In this document: positions 45,684 to 56,682 of the stretch, in pieces | Numbering within the stretch: position 1 is the stretch's first letter | Layout of the letters: every line of letters starts with the position of its first letter | Assembly (NCBI GenBank): GCA_041478555.1 | Contig: JBGOWI010000001.1 | Location: 42,073-106,072, forward strand | Origin: Phycisphaerae bacterium | GTDB taxonomy: Bacteria; Planctomycetota; Phycisphaerae; Sedimentisphaerales; UBA12454 | Length of the DNA: 64,000 nt | Direction: 5' to 3' | Notes under the pieces: generated by a model | What the model saw: only the letters and a program-made list of their open reading frames with translations | What the model was told of the DNA's origin: nothing | Databases searched by the model: none | Translations under genes and position numbers: made by a program

Positions 45684-48029
45684 ATGCGGATTTTCGACTC
45701 CTGTTTTAAGGACGCCAAACTGCTGCAGGTTTCATTTTTTCCGTTTGTGCTGCTTTTTGCTTTTTATTGTTCTGCGCAGACAAGCGATGTTAACGCGACA
45801 GATTACGAAAAAATGACGATAGGCAGCGTTGAGACGGCAGGTAATGTTTATATCAGCAGGGAAAAAATACTCTCAATGGCGAGAAGCAAGGCCGGCCAGT
45901 TATTCAGCGACTCACAGGCCAGCCAGGATGTCGGCAGAATCACTGCTATTAAAGGTGTCGAAGTTGCCTATTACAGTATTGAGCCGGCTGGCGAAAAAAT
46001 AAAACTAATCTTTGTAGTGAAAGAAAAAAATGTTATTCGTATGATAACCTTCAGCAGAGATAAAAAATACGATGATAAAAAGCTGATTGAACAGCTGGGC
46101 TTTAACAGGGGCGATTATCTTGATAAATTTACTGCAAAAGCCGGTGCTGAAAAACTGACTGAATATTATTACAAAAGAGGGTACCCTTTTGTCAGGGTTG
46201 ATTTTGATGATTCCGGCATTGAGCAGGGCCGGCTCCATTATATAATTGACTGCGGTCAGAGAACCAAAATCAAAAAGGTGAGGTTTGAGGGAAATGCCTC
46301 GATAAAAAACAAAGAGCTTAAAAATGTCATCAAAAGCAAACCGAAAAATCTCGGTATTTTCCAGAACTTCTTCAAGCAGGAAACTCTCGATGACGATTTG
46401 ATTAAACTACAGAAAGCCTATGACAGAAGAGGTTATCTTGATACTAAAGTAACTGCTAAAACAAATTTTGGTAAAAATAATAAAAATGTCGAACTTGTTT
46501 ACGCCATCGAGGAAGGCAAACAATATAACGTTGAAAAAATAGAACTTGTAGGAAATGAATTTTACAGTGATGCAAATCTGACCGGCACATTCAGGCTCAA
46601 AGAGGGCCGGTTTTACAGCGATGAAAAAGCGGAATACGACAGAGATGAAATACTCAAGGCCTACAGGGAAGCGGGCTTTATCAATGTTGAGGTCGAGTCG
46701 GTCAGACGTTTCACACCTGATAACAAGATAACAGCTCAGTTTGACATAAAAGAAGGCGAGCGCTTCCGCATAGGACAAGTCAATATTTCGGGCAATAAGG
46801 TGACACAGGACAAGGTTGTAAGACGTGTGCTGGATGAGAAGGAATTTAAGCCGGGCGAGTGGTATAATGCCCATATTGCACAGGGAAACGGCGAAGGCGA
46901 ACTTGAGAAAGATATCAAAATGAATGTTTATACTGAAACTGCCACTATTACACCTGTAGGAGAAAAGCCCGGCCAGAAAGATGCTGAAGTCAGAATTACC
47001 GAGGGTAAGACCGGCTCAATACTGTTTGGCGCAGGTGTGAGCAGTACAGACGGCCTGATTGGGCAGGTGATATATGAACAAAGAAATTTTGATATTAAAA
47101 AATGGCCGAAAGACTGGCGAAAATTCTTTTCGGAAGATGCCTTTAAAGGCGCAGGCCAACGGTTAAGAATAGCACTTGAGCCCGGCACACAGGTGAGCAG
47201 ATATTCTATAAGCTTTACTGAGCCTTATCTTAAGGACAAACCCATTGCTATGACTCTTGCAGGGTCAATCTGGGAGCGAGAAAGGGAAAGCTATGATGAA
47301 CAAAGACAAAAAGGATACCTGGGCTTTACAAAAAGAATGAAAAATGGCCGGTATAGAATCTTGGCCTTTCGGCTCGAAAATGTAGCCGTAGAAAGCGTTG
47401 AAAGCGATGCCCCCAAAGAAGTAACCGATGTAAAGGGAGACAACTTTCTGGCCGGCATCAAACTTGGTTTCGGCAGAGATACGACAGACAACCGCTTTAC
47501 TCCTACCAAAGGCAAAAACTACGAAGTAAGTTATGAGCAGGTGGCGGGTGACTATACGTTCGGTATTCTTGATGGGACATACCGATGGTACAAAACGCTG
47601 CATGAGGACCTTGCCAGACGAAAAACCGTGCTGGAGACGAAATTACATGCTGCGACTATCATAGGTGATGCACCGCTGTTTGAAAAATTTTATGCCGGCG
47701 GTATCGGAAGCGTAAGGGGCTTTGATTATCGTGGAATAAGCCCGCGTTCAGGTCCGGACAATGACCCGGTTGGAAGCGACTGGATTGCAACAGCCAGCGG
47801 AGAAATCTCAGTACCGTTGACAAGCGAGATGCTCTCTGCACTTTTCTTTGTTGATACCGGTATGATTGATACCGGCGGTATCAGAGCTTCCGCAGGTATA
47901 GGTATCCAGATTATGATACCTCAGTGGTTTGGACCGGTGCCTATGAGATTTGAGCTGGCGGCGCCGTTTCTCAAGAGCGGTGATGATGATACACAGGTTT
48001 TCAGCTTCTCTATCGGCGCACTGTTTTAG
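45684..48029 (+). CDS. bamA: outer membrane protein assembly factor BamA
   Basis: Signal peptide, repeated POTRA-like units (IKKVRFEGN, VEKIELVGN, IGQVNISGN), and a C-terminal beta-barrel ending in FSFSIGALF. Confidence 0.85.
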   Translation: MRIFDSCFKDAKLLQVSFFPFVLLFAFYCSAQTSDVNATDYEKMTIGSVETAGNVYISREKILSMARSKAGQLFSDSQASQDVGRITAIKGVEVAYYSIEPAGEKIKLIFVVKEKNVIRMITFSRDKKYDDKKLIEQLGFNRGDYLDKFTAKAGAEKLTEYYYKRGYPFVRVDFDDSGIEQGRLHYIIDCGQRTKIKKVRFEGNASIKNKELKNVIKSKPKNLGIFQNFFKQETLDDDLIKLQKAYDRRGYLDTKVTAKTNFGKNNKNVELVYAIEEGKQYNVEKIELVGNEFYSDANLTGTFRLKEGRFYSDEKAEYDRDEILKAYREAGFINVEVESVRRFTPDNKITAQFDIKEGERFRIGQVNISGNKVTQDKVVRRVLDEKEFKPGEWYNAHIAQGNGEGELEKDIKMNVYTETATITPVGEKPGQKDAEVRITEGKTGSILFGAGVSSTDGLIGQVIYEQRNFDIKKWPKDWRKFFSEDAFKGAGQRLRIALEPGTQVSRYSISFTEPYLKDKPIAMTLAGSIWERERESYDEQRQKGYLGFTKRMKNGRYRILAFRLENVAVESVESDAPKEVTDVKGDNFLAGIKLGFGRDTTDNRFTPTKGKNYEVSYEQVAGDYTFGILDGTYRWYKTLHEDLARRKTVLETKLHAATIIGDAPLFEKFYAGGIGSVRGFDYRGISPRSGPDNDPVGSDWIATASGEISVPLTSEMLSALFFVDTGMIDTGGIRASAGIGIQIMIPQWFGPVPMRFELAAPFLKSGDDDTQVFSFSIGALF

Positions 48030-48075
48030 TTGAAGCGGTTGCGGTGTTTTTAGTTATGATTAAGAAAGGCAAATT

Positions 48076-48690
48076 ATGAAAACAAAAGATATCGTTACGA
48101 TAGTTTTCCTCGCAGGATTGAGTCTGGTTGTAATTGGCTTGGAATATTCTCTTGCTGCAAAAGAAAAAACGATAATGTCTCCAAAAATCGGCATTGTGAG
48201 CGTCAGGGAAGTTTTTGAAAATTGCCAGATGAAAGCTGAAGTCGAAAAATTGCTGGCTGCCGAGGGTGAAAAGAGATTTGCCGAACTGAAAAAACTTGAT
48301 GAAAGCGTAGAAAGTGATAAATCGGCATTGAGCAAACGCAAAGAGAATAGCCAGGATTATATGGAACTGCTCCAGGCACTGATGATAAAACAGTCGCAGC
48401 TTGATGCACAAAAAGGGTTTTTTCAGCAGGAACTCGCTGTAAAAGAAATGCAGGGAAAGGAAAAAATCTATCGTAAAATTCTTGAAGTTATTGCATCTGT
48501 CGCACAGGAAAAGGGACTGGATATGATTTTCAACAGGGACGACAATTATCTTAATAGACCTGATTTGGGGCCGCCTGCACAAAGCCCCGCAGACCTTGTT
48601 CTGACAACGAAAACTCACAAACTGCTTTATTTTAACCCCAGCCTTGATATTACTGCTGATGTGCTTGGTGCCATGAGTAAAAGTAAGTAG
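48076..48690 (+). CDS. skp: OmpH/Skp-family periplasmic chaperone
   Basis: Signal-anchor helix plus a long coiled-coil region rich in K/E/Q. Its position between bamA and lpxD is canonical. Confidence 0.7.
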   Translation: MKTKDIVTIVFLAGLSLVVIGLEYSLAAKEKTIMSPKIGIVSVREVFENCQMKAEVEKLLAAEGEKRFAELKKLDESVESDKSALSKRKENSQDYMELLQALMIKQSQLDAQKGFFQQELAVKEMQGKEKIYRKILEVIASVAQEKGLDMIFNRDDNYLNRPDLGPPAQSPADLVLTTKTHKLLYFNPSLDITADVLGAMSKSK

Positions 48691-48712
48691 CAATAAGCTT
48701 TTATCATAAAGA

Positions 48713-49765
48713 ATGACTGAAAATATACAAAAAAAATACACTGTTGCTCAACTTGCCGAGATAGCAGAAGCCCGGCTTATCGGCAGCGGAAAGGCGGAAG
48801 TCTGTCGAGCGGCGCCATTTGAATCTGCGGGACCGGACTGCATTACCTTTGCCGCAGATGAGGAACTTCTGAAAAATATTTCCGGCTGCAAGGCCGCTGC
48901 AGTGATTGTAAGCAGAAAGATTGATTCAGCCGTACCGCTGCTTGTTGTCGATAATGTTGAGCGGGCCCTGATTAAGATACTCAGGGAATTTATGCCGCAG
49001 CTCGATAAACCACCGGCGGGTATTCACAAAAGCGCAGTTGTGGAAAAAGGCGCTTCCATCGATAAGACCGCTTAGATAGGTCCTCTTGTCTGTATAGAAA
49101 AAGCTGCAAAAATCGGCCCGGGGACCATTATTGGGGCAGGTTGCAAAATCGGTGAAAATTCAATAATCGGCTCGGACTGCCGGCTTGAGGACAATGTTGT
49201 GGTTTATCATAACTGCAGCATTGGAAATAACTGCATAATCGGAGCAAACTCCACAATCGGTGCAACAGGCTTCGGATATTATTTCATTGACGGTCAGCAC
49301 CAGCAGATACCGCATACAGGCTCAGTTTTGATTGAAGATTGTGTCGAAATCGGGGCAAACACCTGCATCGACAGGGCAAAATTCGGGAACACCATAATCG
49401 GCGCAGGGACGAAAATAGATAATCTTGTTCAGATTGCTCATAATGTCGTAATCGGCAAATGTTGTCTGATTATCGCTCAGGCAGGCATCGCCGGCAGCAG
49501 CAAATTGGGCAACGGCGTTGTCCTTGCAGGACAGGTCGGCATAAAGGACCATATAACAATTGGTGATGGAGCTCAGATTGGCGCACAGGCAGGCGTGATA
49601 AATGATATCGGGCCGAGTAAACAGGTTGTCGGCTCGCCGGCTATAAACATCAAGGAATTTTTTAGACAGGTGCTCCTGAAACAGAAGCTGCCTGAAATGA
49701 ATAAGCAGTTGAAACAGCTTATAAAGAGAGTCGAAGAACTTGAAGCCGCAAAGAACAATAGCTGA
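48713..49765 (+). pseudogene. lpxD: UDP-3-O-acylglucosamine N-acyltransferase interrupted by an in-frame TAG at 49073-49075
   Basis: Track ORFs 48713..49075 and 49199..49765 share a frame. The 41 codons between them read [42 protein letters not shown], which are perfect hexapeptide repeats. The N-terminal YTVAQLAEIAEARLIG is LpxD-like. Confidence 0.8.
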
Positions 49766-51050
49766 AGAAGCAAAACTTGCCGGAAGAGGCATGTTCAGCG
49801 GAGCACAAGCACAGGTAAAATTTGCCTCTGCTGATGTCGATACAGGTGTTGTTTTTGTCAGAACGGACCTTGATGAGCCTGTACGCATAGAGGCGAATGT
49901 CCGGAATATTGCCGAACGCAGCCGAAGAACCGCCGTAAAGAAAGGCCAGGTTTCTGTCGAGACAATTGAGCACTGCATGGCCGCCTTAAGTGCACTGGAG
50001 ATTGACAATATCATTATCGAAATAGACACTCCTGAAATGCCGGGATTCGACGGCGGCAGCGGCGAATATTTCAAAACATTGAAAAATTGCGGCTTTGTCG
50101 AACAGCAAAAGCCAAAAAAAGAATTTGCCATCGCAGAAGCGGTCAGCCTCAGTGAGGCCGGAGCCTCAATTTATGCCCTGCCCAGTGATGGTGGTGCCCT
50201 TGAGATTACCTATGATATGGATTATACAAAACATACAGGGATTGGCAGACAGTTACTGACCTGTATGCTGACCGCCGAATATTTTGAAGCAAATCTTGCA
50301 CCTGCACGAACGTTCTTGCTCGAGGCTGAAGCAAGACAGTTCCAGGCTCGCGGAATCGGTATGCATTTAAGTCCGCGTGATATCCTTGTTATCAATTCAG
50401 ATGGGCCTATTAAGAACAGCTTCCGATTTGCTGATGAGTGTGTTAGACACAAGATTGTTGATTTAATTGGCGATATCGCCCTTATTGGCAGAAGAATAAC
50501 CGGAAGAATTGTCGCCTACAAAAGCGGCCATAGCCTCAATCAACAACTTGCCAGAAGGGTGCTTGAGCAGGCCGAACAGTATGACAGAATCAGCAAAGCG
50601 GGAACCGATGCCCTGCTTGATATTCGCAGAATTCAGAAGATTCTGCCCCATCGTTACCCGTTTCTGCTGGTGGATAAGGTTATTGAGATTGACGGCGACA
50701 GATTTATCAAGGGCGTCAAAAACGTTACATTCAACGAAATGTTTTTTCAGGGGCATTTTCCGGGAACGCCTATAATGCCGGGAGTGCTTATCCTCGAGGC
50801 AATGGCTCAGGTCTCAGGTCTGCTTTTTGCCCAGCGGCTTGAGCTTACCGGAAAACTCGCCGTCCTGATGGGAATGGATAATGTAAGGCTGAGAAAAAGC
50901 GTCGTGCCGGGCGACCAGTTGATTCTTACCGCCCAAACTGTCAGAGCCCGCAGCAAAATCGCTGTATGTAAATGCCAGGCAATGGTGGCAGGAATAAAGG
51001 CGGCAGAGGCTGAAATAAAATTCATGCTCGTTGACGAAGAAGCTGTTTAG
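49740..51050 (+). CDS. lpxC: fused UDP-3-O-acyl-GlcNAc deacetylase / 3-hydroxyacyl-ACP dehydratase
   Basis: The N-terminal [18 protein letters not shown]...[10 protein letters not shown] is LpxC. The C-terminal [16 protein letters not shown]...[23 protein letters not shown] is FabZ. A single 436-aa ORF. Confidence 0.85.
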   Translation: MKPQRTIAEEAKLAGRGMFSGAQAQVKFASADVDTGVVFVRTDLDEPVRIEANVRNIAERSRRTAVKKGQVSVETIEHCMAALSALEIDNIIIEIDTPEMPGFDGGSGEYFKTLKNCGFVEQQKPKKEFAIAEAVSLSEAGASIYALPSDGGALEITYDMDYTKHTGIGRQLLTCMLTAEYFEANLAPARTFLLEAEARQFQARGIGMHLSPRDILVINSDGPIKNSFRFADECVRHKIVDLIGDIALIGRRITGRIVAYKSGHSLNQQLARRVLEQAEQYDRISKAGTDALLDIRRIQKILPHRYPFLLVDKVIEIDGDRFIKGVKNVTFNEMFFQGHFPGTPIMPGVLILEAMAQVSGLLFAQRLELTGKLAVLMGMDNVRLRKSVVPGDQLILTAQTVRARSKIAVCKCQAMVAGIKAAEAEIKFMLVDEEAV

Positions 51051-51093
51051 ATAAGCGGTGAAATTTATTCGCAAAATTTCAGGAACAAAAATA

Positions 51094-51906
51094 ATGAGTA
51101 AAATACATCCGACAGCGGTTGTCGATTCAAGTGCCCGGCTCGGCAGAGATGTTGTAATCGGACCAAACTGTTTTATAGATGAGGATGCGCAAATCGGCGA
51201 CGGCTGTATTCTCGATGCCAATGTTGTAATCGGAAAAAATGTAAAGGCAGGTGAGAATAATATTTTTTATCCGGGCTGTTGTATAGGCAGAAATCCTCAG
51301 ATGCTCGGAGCAAAACCCGATACTCGTTTCGGCTCGCTTGAAATCGGAAATGATAATCTCATCAGAGAATTTGTAACCATACATCCGAGCATATACCCCG
51401 ATGGCACAACCAGAATAGGCGATAGCAATATGATTATGGTAAGCGTGCATATCGCGCATGACTGCACTATTGAGGATAAAACAGTTATCAGCAACAGCAC
51501 ACAGATAAGTGGGCACTGCAAAATTGAAACAGGCGTCTGGCTCAGCGGCACAGTGCTGATTCATCAGTTTGTAACTGTCGGCAGATGGAGCTATGCGGCG
51601 GGTTTTGCAGGGCTCAATCACGATGTGCCGCCTTTCGTCATTGTAAGCGGCCATTATCCGCCTGAGATCAGGGCCGTAAATATGAGGGGTTTGATGAGAG
51701 CCGGCCTGAATGAAGACCAGCAGCATGCCATTCTTGATGCCTTTAAGTTTCTATTCAGGAATAAATCTCCTCTCCTTCAAAGCGCAGAGGCTCTTGCTGC
51801 AAGAAACGGACTCGATGAGAATGTCAGGGCCATGGTTGATTCGATTATCAACAGCAGCAAGCACAGATTCGGAAGATATCTTGAAACCTTAAGGAGAGAA
51901 GAATAG
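51094..51906 (+). CDS. lpxA: acyl-ACP--UDP-GlcNAc O-acyltransferase
   Basis: MSKIHPTAVVDSSARLGRDVVIGPNCFIDEDAQIGDGC hexapeptide repeats, plus a helical C-terminal domain. Confidence 0.85.
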   Translation: MSKIHPTAVVDSSARLGRDVVIGPNCFIDEDAQIGDGCILDANVVIGKNVKAGENNIFYPGCCIGRNPQMLGAKPDTRFGSLEIGNDNLIREFVTIHPSIYPDGTTRIGDSNMIMVSVHIAHDCTIEDKTVISNSTQISGHCKIETGVWLSGTVLIHQFVTVGRWSYAAGFAGLNHDVPPFVIVSGHYPPEIRAVNMRGLMRAGLNEDQQHAILDAFKFLFRNKSPLLQSAEALAARNGLDENVRAMVDSIINSSKHRFGRYLETLRREE

Positions 51907-51910
51907 ACCA

Positions 51911-52927
51911 ATGGCCTCACAAATAAAACAGCTCAGAACGGCTGTGGTGGGAGCCGGAAAAATGGGGCAGATTCACGCCAAAGTCCTCAGCAAACTGCCT
52001 CAAAGCAGACTTGTCGCAATAGTTGATATTCAGTCCGACAAGGCAAAGAAACTTGCAAAAGAATATAAATGCCTCGCCTTTACCGACAGCAGGGAACTTA
52101 TAGGTAAAGTTGATGCCGTAACCATTGCTGCTCCCACGAAAAGCCATCTTCAGCTTGCCGAAATTTTTGTCGGCAGCAATATTCCTGTTCTTATTGAAAA
52201 ACCGCTTGCTGCAAGTTCGGCCGAGGGAGAAAAAATTGTTGCGCTTGCCGGGCAGAATAATACGGTTGTTGCCGTAGGGCATTCGGAAAGATGCAACCCC
52301 GTTGTGCAGGCGATGAAAAGACTCAAAATCGAGCCTAAATTTATCGAGGCGGTAAGAATCAGCCCTTATCCGTTCCGCTCAACCGACATCGGCGTTGTTC
52401 TTGATGTGATGATTCATGATATTGATATAATACTCGCTCTTGCCCAAAGCAAAGTAAAAAAAGTTGATGCTGTCGGCGTAAACGTGGTCGGCGATTATGA
52501 GGATATCTGCAATGCAAGGATAACCTTTGAAAATGGCTGTATTGCGAATGTTACAGCATCGAGACTTGCCCTTAAGACAACAAGAAAGATTCGTGTTTTC
52601 AGCAGGCAGGCCTATCTGAGTCTTGATTTTCTTAAAAAAGAAGGTGTTGTAATCAAGACAGACCCCAATATTGATGTGGTCAAGTGGATAAGGCAAAAAC
52701 AGGACGAGGGCAATTTTGACTTTGCCGGCATAAACTGGCCCGACTTGCTCCATATAGAACAGCTCGATATCGATGACAGGGAACCATTGCGGGTTGAGCA
52801 GGAGGCATTTTTAAATGCCGTTGCCGACAAAAATAATCGGCCTGAAGTAACTGCCGCCGAAGGTCTTGCCGCACTCCAGTGTGCGGAGGCAATCTTAAAA
52901 TCCCTCAAAGAGCATAAATGGGACTGA
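51911..52927 (+). CDS. Gfo/Idh/MocA-family NAD(P)-dependent oxidoreductase
   Basis: LRTAVVGAGKMGQIHAKVL Rossmann motif and an EKPLA motif. It lies directly downstream of lpxA. Confidence 0.75.
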   Translation: MASQIKQLRTAVVGAGKMGQIHAKVLSKLPQSRLVAIVDIQSDKAKKLAKEYKCLAFTDSRELIGKVDAVTIAAPTKSHLQLAEIFVGSNIPVLIEKPLAASSAEGEKIVALAGQNNTVVAVGHSERCNPVVQAMKRLKIEPKFIEAVRISPYPFRSTDIGVVLDVMIHDIDIILALAQSKVKKVDAVGVNVVGDYEDICNARITFENGCIANVTASRLALKTTRKIRVFSRQAYLSLDFLKKEGVVIKTDPNIDVVKWIRQKQDEGNFDFAGINWPDLLHIEQLDIDDREPLRVEQEAFLNAVADKNNRPEVTAAEGLAALQCAEAILKSLKEHKWD

Positions 52928-52961
52928 TTAAAACTCGGGGAAAATAATTTTGAATTTTTAA

Positions 52962-52992
52962 TTCTTAATTTTGAATTGTAGAATCGCCTGCG
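52962..52992. repeat. repeat TTCTTAATTTTGAATTG..CGCCTGCGG (copy 1)
   Basis: A second copy is at 61296-61326 (TTCTTAATTTTGAATTGCGGGACCGCCTGCGG). Related AT-rich AATTTTAAAT units are at 38590-38690. Confidence 0.6.
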
Positions 52993-53015
52993 GCGAAAAT
53001 TTATTTTATATTTAG

Positions 53016-53046
53016 CCCCCGGTTTTACCGGGGGTTTTCTTTTTTC
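53016..53046. terminator. bidirectional hairpin CCCCCGG-TTTTA-CCGGGGG plus T-run
   Basis: It lies between convergent genes (the + gene ends at 52927, the nfi stop is at 53025-53027) and is followed by TTTTCTTTTTT. A similar ATTTAGCCCCCG..CGGGGGTTTTTT is at about 59958-59995. Confidence 0.65.
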
Positions 53047-53705
53047 AGCCTTGTTACAATCTGATGGGCAAGTCGGCTCGGCTCAGGCAGGCGATACCTC
53101 CTGCAGCAATCAAGCACTATCCTTACTGCATCACAAAGTCTGCACTTATGGCCGACAGAAACGAAAACCGGCTTTACATCGTTGCGGGTTCTGACAACTG
53201 AGCCGATAGTTTCACCTTTGTCTGTTAATAGACTTGTTGAGCCTTTAGCCAATCCGGGCTGTTTAAAATCGCCAATGAGCCTGCTCTTGGCACAACCTAT
53301 TGTTGGAATATCAAGAAAAAGCCCCAGATGTGAGGCAAGGCCTAATCTCCTGGGGTGAGCAATGCCCTGACCGTCAACTATTACACAATCCGGAATCGTC
53401 TTAAGTTTTTCGATAGCGGCAAGACAGGCAGGTGCTTCGCGGAATGATAAAAGACCGGGAATATAAGGGAAATTAACGGCTTGTACCGCATAAGCAGTTT
53501 CAATAATCTCAAAGGTTTTTGCAGAAAGAACTACTGCACACGCAATTATATTTTTTTTGTCGCCGCTGAACGCACAATCGATACCGGCTATCGTTTTAAG
53601 CTTTTTATTAAATCCCCCCAGCTGCACCTGCCGCGAAAGGCTTTTTTGCAGCAGAGCAGCCTTTTTTGCAGAAATATTCCAGTTATGTAAATGCTTTATT
53701 TTCAT
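53025..53705 (-). CDS. nfi: endonuclease V
   Basis: IAGIDCAF ... PYIPGLLSFREAP ... VDGQGIAHPRRLGLASHLG ... PTIGCAKS. Confidence 0.9.
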   Translation of the reverse strand: MKIKHLHNWNISAKKAALLQKSLSRQVQLGGFNKKLKTIAGIDCAFSGDKKNIIACAVVLSAKTFEIIETAYAVQAVNFPYIPGLLSFREAPACLAAIEKLKTIPDCVIVDGQGIAHPRRLGLASHLGLFLDIPTIGCAKSRLIGDFKQPGLAKGSTSLLTDKGETIGSVVRTRNDVKPVFVSVGHKCRLCDAVRIVLDCCRRYRLPEPSRLAHQIVTRLKKENPR

Positions 53706-53827
53706 TCTGCTATGGAAAATACCATAAGAAAAACATTTTACTTCTTGAATGTTTCTGATACAATAGCCAAATCGGCTTATTGCGGTCTTTCAGCAGTCGG
53801 ATGCCGCAGCAAGAAGAAGGAAAGGTA

Positions 53828-56680
53828 ATGCAAAAATCGATTAAAATAACCGGTGCCTGTCAGCACAATCTCAAGAACATAAACGTTGAAATACCGCGCG
53901 ACAAATTTGTCGTAATCACCGGTATCAGCGGCTCAGGAAAAAGCTCTCTCGCCTTTGACACAATATACGCAGAAGGGCAGAGAAAATATGTCGAGTCATT
54001 AAGCGCCTATGCCAGACAGTTTCTTGAGCAGATGCAAAAGCCTGATGTCGAGAACATCGAAGGCCTTCCTCCTACGATTGCAATTGAGCAGAGAAGTGCC
54101 GCCAGCAACCCTCGCTCAACCGTCGCAACAACAACCGAAATTTATGATTACTGCAGGGTGCTTTTTGCAAGGGCAGGCACGCCGCACTGCTGGATTTGCG
54201 GCAAGGAAATTTCAAGCCAGCACGCCTCGCAGATTGTTGATAGTGTAATGTCTTTGCCGCAGGATACGAAAATTCAGGTCTGTGCCCCTTTAATTCGCGG
54301 CCAAAAAGGGGAGCACAGGGAAATTTTTGCGAGAATTCAAACTCAGGGTTTTGTGCGGGTCCGTGTTGACGGTATTATTTATGATGTCAAAAATATACCA
54401 AAGCTGGACAAGAATAAAAAGCACGACATAGCTGCTGTTGTGGACAGACTTATTATAAAAGATACGGTCCGCATCAGGCTCGCTGATTCAATTGAAGTTG
54501 CTTTAAAGCTCGGCGAAGGCCTGGTTTCTGTGATGGTGCAGGAGCCGAGCGGGGACAAGAAAAACGGCGGCGGCGGCCGGTGGAAAGACCTTGTTTACAG
54601 TGAAAAATTCGCCTGTAATGAACATCCCCACGCCTCTCTGGAGGAGCTTTCACCCAGACTTTTCAGCTTTAACAGCCCTTATGGGGCCTGCGGCAGTTGT
54701 GATGGCCTGGGCACGATACTCGAATTTGATGAAGACCTTATTGTCCCTGACAAAAATCTGTCGCTCGAAAACGGCGCCGTCGATGCCTGGCGAAAAGGCG
54801 GCAAGAGAATGAATATCTTTTACAGCAGGTTGATTATGAAATTCTGCAGAGATTTCGGCATAAGCAAACAGGCGCCTTTTGCCAGAATACCTGCCGATAT
54901 AAGAAAAATCCTGATGTGCGGAACAACCCAAGAAGATGAAAAAAAATTCAGCATCTATTTTGAGGGTGTAATTCCAAACCTTGATAAGAGATGGCAGAAT
55001 ACCTCCAGCGAATTTGTCAAGGCAAGATTGCACAGCTTTCTGTCTGAGCAGCCGTGCAGAACCTGCAATGGCGCAAGGCTTCGTAAAGAGGCAATTGCTG
55101 TTACCGTAGGCGGCAAAAGCATAAACGATGTGGCGCAAATGAGTGTCGAAGAGGCGCAGGAGTTTTTTGAAAACGTCAGGTTTGACGGCGAAAAGACCCT
55201 GATAGCAGTTCAACCCTTAAAGGAAATAAAAGCAAGATTGAAATTTCTTGTGGATGTGGGACTCGGTTATCTGACCCTTGACCGCAGAAGCGGAACATTA
55301 AGCGGAGGCGAAGCGCAGCGAATAAGACTGGCCACTCAGGTCGGAAGCGGCCTGGTCGGCTGCTGCTATGTCCTCGATGAGCCTACAATAGGTTTGCACA
55401 GGAGGGATAACGACAGACTCCTCGGCATATTAAGGCGATTAACGAATATTGGAAATACCGTTCTTGTCGTTGAGCATGACGAAGATGTCATTCGCAGCGC
55501 AGATTACATAATTGATATCGGCCCTGCGGCTGGAGAGCACGGCGGAGAGGTAGTTGCTCAGGGCAGTGTCGAAAATATATGCGCCTGTACGCGGTCTCTG
55601 ACCGGAGATTATCTTTCAAGAAGAAAGCAGATTGAGCTGCCGATTAAAAGACGCAGAGTTAGATTGTCTACCTGTATTGAGGTAAAGGGAGCGGCGGAAA
55701 ATAATTTAAAAGATATTGATGTTAAGTTTCCTCTTGGTACGTTTATCTGTGTAACCGGAGTTTCCGGCTCAGGCAAAAGCACACTTATAACGGAAGTGCT
55801 TTTAAAGGGTCTCAGGAGAAAATTATACTACACCGGAGCCAAACCCGGTAAACACAAAAATATTCTCGGCACGAGCCAGATTGACAAGGTTATTGAAATC
55901 GACCAGTCCCCCATAGGCAAAACCCCTCGAAGCAATCCGGTTACTTATACCGGCGTCTTTGACCTTATAAGGCAGTTATTCGCAAAGACAAGAGAGTCCA
56001 GAATCAGGGGTTATGCTCCCGGCAGGTTCAGCTTTAATATCAAAGGCGGCAGATGTGAACACTGCCAGGGACAGGGCACTAAAAGAATTGAAATGCATTT
56101 TCTCCCGGACGTTTATGTCGTCTGTCAGCAGTGCAAGGGGAAAAAATATGGCCCAGAGACGCTTCAGATTACATACAAAGGCAAAAATATAGCTGATGTT
56201 CTCGATATGCGTGTTGCAGAGGCCCTGAAGTTTTTTACAAATTTTCCGAAAATTGTGCGGTCACTGAAAACCTTGAGTGATGTTGGTCTCGGTTATATGC
56301 AGCTCGGACAATCCTCAACGACTCTTTCGGGCGGCGAGGCTCAGAGGGTCAAACTTGCCGCAGAGCTCGGAAAAAGCTCAACAGGCCATACATTGTATCT
56401 GCTCGATGAGCCGACAACGGGTCTGCATTTCGCCGATATTCATAATTTACTCAACGTCCTGCAAAGACTGTGCGATTTGGGAAATACCGTAATTGTAATT
56501 GAACATAATCTTGATGTAATCAAAATCGCGGATTATATTATTGACCTCGGCCCTGAAGGCGGGCAGGCCGGCGGACAGGTTATTGCAGCCGGAACGCCCC
56601 AGGAGGTTATCAAGGTTGAAAAAAGCTACACCGCTAAATATCTCAAAAAATATCTGAACGGCGATAAACAAAAGGCATAA
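53828..56680 (+). CDS. uvrA: excinuclease ABC subunit A
   Basis: [42 protein letters not shown], zinc modules, and a second Walker [14 protein letters not shown] at 53828 behind GAAGGAAAGG. Confidence 0.95.
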   Translation: MQKSIKITGACQHNLKNINVEIPRDKFVVITGISGSGKSSLAFDTIYAEGQRKYVESLSAYARQFLEQMQKPDVENIEGLPPTIAIEQRSAASNPRSTVATTTEIYDYCRVLFARAGTPHCWICGKEISSQHASQIVDSVMSLPQDTKIQVCAPLIRGQKGEHREIFARIQTQGFVRVRVDGIIYDVKNIPKLDKNKKHDIAAVVDRLIIKDTVRIRLADSIEVALKLGEGLVSVMVQEPSGDKKNGGGGRWKDLVYSEKFACNEHPHASLEELSPRLFSFNSPYGACGSCDGLGTILEFDEDLIVPDKNLSLENGAVDAWRKGGKRMNIFYSRLIMKFCRDFGISKQAPFARIPADIRKILMCGTTQEDEKKFSIYFEGVIPNLDKRWQNTSSEFVKARLHSFLSEQPCRTCNGARLRKEAIAVTVGGKSINDVAQMSVEEAQEFFENVRFDGEKTLIAVQPLKEIKARLKFLVDVGLGYLTLDRRSGTLSGGEAQRIRLATQVGSGLVGCCYVLDEPTIGLHRRDNDRLLGILRRLTNIGNTVLVVEHDEDVIRSADYIIDIGPAAGEHGGEVVAQGSVENICACTRSLTGDYLSRRKQIELPIKRRRVRLSTCIEVKGAAENNLKDIDVKFPLGTFICVTGVSGSGKSTLITEVLLKGLRRKLYYTGAKPGKHKNILGTSQIDKVIEIDQSPIGKTPRSNPVTYTGVFDLIRQLFAKTRESRIRGYAPGRFSFNIKGGRCEHCQGQGTKRIEMHFLPDVYVVCQQCKGKKYGPETLQITYKGKNIADVLDMRVAEALKFFTNFPKIVRSLKTLSDVGLGYMQLGQSSTTLSGGEAQRVKLAAELGKSSTGHTLYLLDEPTTGLHFADIHNLLNVLQRLCDLGNTVIVIEHNLDVIKIADYIIDLGPEGGQAGGQVIAAGTPQEVIKVEKSYTAKYLKKYLNGDKQKA

Positions 56681-56682
56681 AC

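Noticed and set aside
48010-48741. 243-aa minus-strand ORF
   Set aside because: It is antisense to the skp-like gene in the canonical bamA-skp-lpxD slot. Its composition is low-complexity and Phe/Cys-rich.
49322-50131. 269-aa minus-strand ORF
   Set aside because: It is antisense to the well-supported lpxD and lpxC:fabZ reading frames, so it is a shadow ORF.
53706-53827. LexA/SOS box upstream of uvrA
   Set aside because: I found no CTGT-N8-ACAG or other palindromic SOS-box-like sequence in the uvrA leader.
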